A DNA stretch of 64,000 nucleotides from Verrucomicrobiota bacterium (GTDB lineage: Bacteria > Verrucomicrobiota > Kiritimatiellia > JAKQHR01): positions 23,109 to 87,108 of the forward strand of contig JAKQHR010000072.1 of assembly GCA_029557905.1 (NCBI GenBank), read 5' to 3'. The position numbers and the translations under genes are program-made. Under the pieces are notes generated by a model. The model had not been told where the DNA came from. It saw only the letters and a list, made by a program, of their open reading frames with translations, and did not search any database. Shown piece after piece: positions 60,385 through 64,000 of this stretch (its first letter is position 1; every line of letters begins with the position of its first letter).

Positions 60385-62034
60385 TCACTTCCCGGCCATC
60401 ATGGCCTCGACATCCGCCTGCACCTCGCCGGTGGGCTTGATGTCAAAATTGTCCACCAGCACCTTGGCCACCGCGGGCGAGAGAAACGCCGGCAGCGTCG
60501 GCCCCAGCCGGATTCCCTTCACCCCCAGATGCAGCAGCGCCAGCAGCACGGCCACGGCCTTCTGCTCGTACCAGGCGATGTCGAAAGACAACGGAAGATC
60601 GTTGATGGATTCCAGTCCGAAGGCCTCCTTCAGTTTCAGCGCGATGACCGCCAGCGAATAGCTGTCGTTGCACTGCCCGGCATCCAGAACACGCGGGATC
60701 CCGCCGATATCGCCAAGGTCCAGCTTGTTGTAGCGGTATTTCGCGCAGCCCGCGGTCAAAATGATCGTGTCCTTCGGCAGGGCCTCGGCCACTTCGGTGA
60801 AATAGTTCCGGGATTTCTGGCGCCCGTCGCATCCGGCCATCACCACAAAACGTTTGATCGCTCCGGACTTTACGGCCTCCACCACCTTGCCGGCGACAGC
60901 CATCACCTGATTATGAGCGAAGCCGCCGACGATTTCGCCGTTTTCCAGCTCCTGCGGAGGCGCGCATTTCTTTGCCTGCGCGATGAGCGGGGAGAAGTCC
61001 TTCTGTTTTCGCGGTTTCCGGTCAGGAATATGCTTCGTGCCCGGCCAGCCGGCCATGCCTGTCGTGTAGAAACGATCCTTGTAGCTGTCCTTCACCGGAA
61101 TGATGCAGTTGGTCGTCAGCAGGATCGGCCCGTTGAATGAGGCGAATTCCTTGTCCTGAAGCCACCAGCTTCCGCCGTAGTTTCCGGCCAGATGCTTGTA
61201 TTTCTTGAAGGCCGGATAGTAATGGCACGGAAGCATTTCGCCGTGTGTATAGACATCCACGCCCGTGCCCTCGGTCTGCTGCAGGAGCTCGTCCATATCC
61301 TTCAGGTCGTGGCCGGAAATCAGGATGCCCGGATTCCTGCGCACCCCGGTTGACACTTTCGTGATCTCCGGACTGCCGTAGGTCTCCGTGTTGGCCTTAT
61401 CGAGAAGCGCCATGGTCGTGACGGCAATTTCGCCCGCCTTCAGCACCATGCCCACCATCTCGTCCACGCTGAGTTTCTGCGTGGTTGAAATCAGTCCGTC
61501 CACGATGAACCGGTAAATGGCATCATCCTCGTACCCCAGCACCAGCGCATGATCAGCGTAGGCTGCAATGCCCTTGAGGCCGATGATCAGAAGCTGCTGC
61601 AGCGACCGCACATCCTCGTTCGGCTCGGAGGGAATGCCGACCAGAAGAGCCTTCACCTGAAGGTCTTCCCCCTTTTTCGGAGCCCAGGTCGCTGCGTCAT
61701 GCAGTTTCTGTGCCCACGTCGCGTCTTTCGCCTCGCATTCCTTGCGAAGCGTGTCGCGCTGAGCAACAGCCTCCAAAATGAGGCGGCTGATGACCGCATC
61801 ATCAAAATTGGCGTTGGTGATCGTGGCGAACAGCCCGCGGATAATTGTCCGGCCGACCTCCCGGTCATAGCGGCCGAGTTCATCGGCCTTTTTGCCGGCA
61901 ATGGCCAGTCCTTTCAGAGTGTGGATCAGAAGATCCTGCAGATTCGCCGTGGGCTCCTGTTTCCCGCATACCCCGCGGACGGTGCAACCCTGGTTTTTCG
62001 CGGTTTCCTGACACTGGAAGCAGAACATGCTCAT
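60385..62034 (-). CDS. hcp: hybrid cluster protein (hydroxylamine reductase)
   Basis: [26 protein letters not shown]-terminal Cys motif and full-length similarity to the prismane/Hcp family (549 aa). Confidence 0.9.
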   Translation of the reverse strand: MSMFCFQCQETAKNQGCTVRGVCGKQEPTANLQDLLIHTLKGLAIAGKKADELGRYDREVGRTIIRGLFATITNANFDDAVISRLILEAVAQRDTLRKECEAKDATWAQKLHDAATWAPKKGEDLQVKALLVGIPSEPNEDVRSLQQLLIIGLKGIAAYADHALVLGYEDDAIYRFIVDGLISTTQKLSVDEMVGMVLKAGEIAVTTMALLDKANTETYGSPEITKVSTGVRRNPGILISGHDLKDMDELLQQTEGTGVDVYTHGEMLPCHYYPAFKKYKHLAGNYGGSWWLQDKEFASFNGPILLTTNCIIPVKDSYKDRFYTTGMAGWPGTKHIPDRKPRKQKDFSPLIAQAKKCAPPQELENGEIVGGFAHNQVMAVAGKVVEAVKSGAIKRFVVMAGCDGRQKSRNYFTEVAEALPKDTIILTAGCAKYRYNKLDLGDIGGIPRVLDAGQCNDSYSLAVIALKLKEAFGLESINDLPLSFDIAWYEQKAVAVLLALLHLGVKGIRLGPTLPAFLSPAVAKVLVDNFDIKPTGEVQADVEAMMAGK

Positions 62035-62450
62035 GACTTTCCCTTTCTCTTTTTTGGTTGTTTGTAGATTTCAGCTAAATTGGTTTTGTTGAAAAAATCG
62101 TTCAGGCGCTTCTGCAGAATGCAGACGGAGCCCTTCATCGGGCATTTCCCGCTGTACGGGCACGCATAGCCCTTCCTGTTGCAGACGTTCATGTACACCG
62201 GACCCTGAATGACTTCAACCACCCGGCCCAGACTGATCCTGCGCGAGGGCATCGCCAGCAGATATCCCCCCTGCACGCCGCGAACAGCCTTGACGATTCC
62301 GTCATTCGCCAGCTTCTTCATTATTTTGCGGATGGATGCCAGCGGCGCCTTGCAGTCGCGCGCGAGGGCCATCGTGTCCGTGCACTCCCCCTGGTCCAGC
62401 AGATGCAGCGCCCGCAGTGCATAATCAGTCTCTCTTTTCAGTATTTCCAT
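62031..62450 (-). CDS. Rrf2-family transcriptional regulator (NsrR/IscR-like, Cys-containing)
   Basis: N-terminal w[14 protein letters not shown]...[17 protein letters not shown] and C-terminal Cys ligands (C..C.....C). Directly upstream of hcp with a 4-nt overlap. Confidence 0.8.
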   Translation of the reverse strand: MEILKRETDYALRALHLLDQGECTDTMALARDCKAPLASIRKIMKKLANDGIVKAVRGVQGGYLLAMPSRRISLGRVVEVIQGPVYMNVCNRKGYACPYSGKCPMKGSVCILQKRLNDFFNKTNLAEIYKQPKKRKGKS

Positions 62451-62465
62451 GGATGCTCCTTTAAT

Positions 62466-62489
62466 ATAGTACTAAAATAGTACTATTTA
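62466..62489. promoter_or_regulatory. predicted Rrf2 operator: ATAGTACTA-aaa-TAGTACTAT (9-3-9 palindrome) 16-39 bp upstream of the rrf2 start
   Basis: Perfect inverted arms whose half-site TAGTACTA is itself palindromic. AT-rich in a 62% GC background. Matches the site at 16341-16364. Confidence 0.6.
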
Positions 62490-62522
62490 AACGCGATGTC
62501 AACCGGGGCCTTGAAATTTGTT

Positions 62523-62894
62523 TCAGGATATCTTTTTCGGCCACGCCCTGAGGATGCTCATGACCTCCCGGACCCAGGTGCAGACGCACTGGGCCGGACA
62601 CCGCCCGTCCTGTCCCAGATGCGCGCAGTAGCCCGGGCAGTCCGGTCCCCCGTACCGGCATTCCTGCCAGACCGGCCCGTCGTACAAATCCCGGAATTCC
62701 TCCACGGAAACGGCGAGCGTGGTGGTGCACTGCATGATGTGATTGAAAAGGAAATAGCCCAGATGCCGCCCCTCAAACATCGGCTGATATCCCAGAAACT
62801 CCACACGGGAATCGGCCAGGAACGAATCCCTGTCCGGCCAGCTGGTGCCGCACGTCGTGCAGTTCTTGAAACAATGGTCCTTCGCGCTCTTCAC
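62523..62894 (-). CDS. Cys-rich small protein (123 aa), hypothetical
   Basis: CFKNCTTC (Cx3Cx2C) near the N-terminus and CPGYC...CPAQCVC at the C-terminus. Preferred over the overlapping plus-strand ORF 62496..63188, which reads through the repeat array. Confidence 0.4.
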   Translation of the reverse strand: MKSAKDHCFKNCTTCGTSWPDRDSFLADSRVEFLGYQPMFEGRHLGYFLFNHIMQCTTTLAVSVEEFRDLYDGPVWQECRYGGPDCPGYCAHLGQDGRCPAQCVCTWVREVMSILRAWPKKIS

Positions 62895-62965
62895 TATTTC
62901 CTCTGTTCTTTAAAATCTAATGGACGCGCCGTCACTTTGCAAGAACTGCGCAGTCTGCTCCTTCG

Positions 62966-63057
62966 GCTCATGACCCGAAAAGTTCCAGTCATTGGAAGTT
63001 TTCAGACCAAAAGTTCCAATCATTGGAACTTTTCAGACAGAAAGTTCCAGTCATTGG
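62966..63057. repeat. REP-like array, 3 tandem copies (period 31 bp) of AAAAGTTCCAGTCATTGGAACTTTT (inverse orientation of the 8.1 kb array)
   Basis: Copies start near 62968, 62999 and 63030. The core is the reverse complement of the 8094-8182 units. It lies between two minus-strand genes. Confidence 0.8.
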
Positions 63058-63161
63058 AAGTTTTGCGCAAGGGCGGAATTTCAGCAGGACGCGGACTGCC
63101 ACAGGGCCCGAACACGGCCGCATATTCGCGAAGGAGCGGCGGATGTATTCGCGCGGATATC

Positions 63162-63347
63162 TTACTTCAGGCCCAGTTTGCGGAATAACATTTCCGCCGG
63201 GCAGAAGCCCGTGAAAGCGGACTGAATCAGGTTGACTCCCACGAAGCAGGTCAGAAGAAGCCACCACGGGCTGACATAATATGCCAGCGCCGCGCTGACC
63301 AGCACCAGTGTTCCCGCCAGAATCCGTACTGCATTTTCAACGGTCAT
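63162..63347 (-). CDS. DUF2892-like small inner-membrane protein
   Basis: 61 aa with two TM helices and the conserved W/CFGxN-type core (TCFVGVNLIQSAFTGFCP) typical of the YgaP-like DUF2892 family. Confidence 0.5.
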   Translation of the reverse strand: MTVENAVRILAGTLVLVSAALAYYVSPWWLLLTCFVGVNLIQSAFTGFCPAEMLFRKLGLK

Positions 63348-63362
63348 ATTTTCTCTCCTGAT

Positions 63363-64000
63363 TTAGAAACTGTACCGGGCGGACAGATAGACATTGTTGT
63401 TGTCCTCAAACTGCCCGAAGAAGGTGTGATCGTCCCGGCCCATGAAGATATTTCCCCCAGCCGTGAATTTCCATTCATCGGATGCCTTGTAGGAAACGGA
63501 CGGACGGAGATAGCCGTCCTCGTCTGACGGCGACCAGTAGGCGAAGAACGAGAGCATCAGGTTCTGGCTGAGAAGCTGCTGCGTGAGCCGCAGGGTCAGC
63601 ACGTGCCGGTTCTCGTCCGCCGCATCCATTCCCTCCGGAAGCGAATCCTCGTACTCGCCATAATCCATCATCAGCTCGACATAGTACTGAACCGCCAGCG
63701 TCAGGTCCCGCATCAGCTCCTGCTGGTAACCGGCCAGCAGGCGGGCTTCACTGTTGTGCACGAAAGGATCGTCGCCGTCACGGTCGTCGCGAGAATCGTA
63801 ATAGCCCGCTTCCAGGTTCGCGATGCCCTTCATGAGCTGTCCCCGCAGACTTGCGCCGTACACTCCAAGCCTGGGGAATATCGCACGACCGGATTCCATG
63901 TCGGACCCCGACGGGCTTTTCCAGAAACCTTCATATCCGTAAAGGGCCAGCTCATACCCCTTCATGTTGCGCGACACGCGAATGCTGATTTCATCGTCAT
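63363..64000 (-). CDS. outer-membrane beta-barrel protein (C-terminal part; gene probably continues beyond the window)
   Basis: Alternating beta-strand pattern and terminal aromatic residue (...YLSARYSF). The reading frame stays open to the window edge. Confidence 0.4.
   Translation of the reverse strand, partial: DDEISIRVSRNMKGYELALYGYEGFWKSPSGSDMESGRAIFPRLGVYGASLRGQLMKGIANLEAGYYDSRDDRDGDDPFVHNSEARLLAGYQQELMRDLTLAVQYYVELMMDYGEYEDSLPEGMDAADENRHVLTLRLTQQLLSQNLMLSFFAYWSPSDEDGYLRPSVSYKASDEWKFTAGGNIFMGRDDHTFFGQFEDNNNVYLSARYSF

Noticed and set aside
62496-63188. 230-aa plus-strand ORF
   Set aside because: It reads straight through the REP-like triple array, translating it as repeated KVPVIGSFQTKSSNHWNF. 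It overlaps the more plausible Cys-rich minus-strand ORF.

Overview
This 64 kb window is a roughly 62% GC chromosomal segment that appears to come from an anaerobic bacterium. It carries rubrerythrin, desulfoferrodoxin, rubredoxin, hybrid cluster protein, an ADP-forming acetyl-CoA synthetase and a microcompartment locus with three vertex-protein paralogs. That combination tentatively suggests a PVC-superphylum-like anaerobe, but this is inference only. Housekeeping content includes manC-trpA-coaX-birA-nadC-uvrB, sufS-sufU, lolC/E-lolD, lysS, a tRNA-Leu(CAA), thrH-leuS, queE-queD-queC, trxB and an msbA-like ABC exporter. There is also a 1500-aa secreted GH13 amylase-type enzyme and a tolC-mfp-rnd efflux operon. 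The most system-like element is a compact 8-gene bacterial microcompartment (BMC) locus at 35.0-40.4 kb, built around an RpiB-DeoC fusion enzyme and a CoA-acylating aldehyde dehydrogenase. Its shell genes are one BMC-H, two BMC-T and three BMC-P. It has no PduL, acetate kinase or alcohol dehydrogenase. Just upstream of it is a three-gene operon ending in a membrane-anchored Hedgehog-N-like (LAS zinc peptidase) domain protein. At 53.8-62.5 kb lies an oxidative/nitrosative-stress island ending in an rrf2 regulator and hcp. It also contains a 53-aa rubredoxin gene that falls below the 60-aa cut-off of the ORF track. The non-coding signals are three. A 26-bp palindromic REP-like unit occurs in triple tandem arrays at two loci. 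A near-identical AT-rich 9-3-9 palindromic operator sits at the rrf2 promoter and again 46 kb away in the GH13/acd divergent region. A phased T-tract (curved-DNA) repeat occurs twice. No CRISPR, transposase, integrase or prophage genes were seen. Gene starts were mostly derived by codon offsets from the ORF track. Features counted by hand (tRNA, rubredoxin, repeats) may be off by 1-2 nt.
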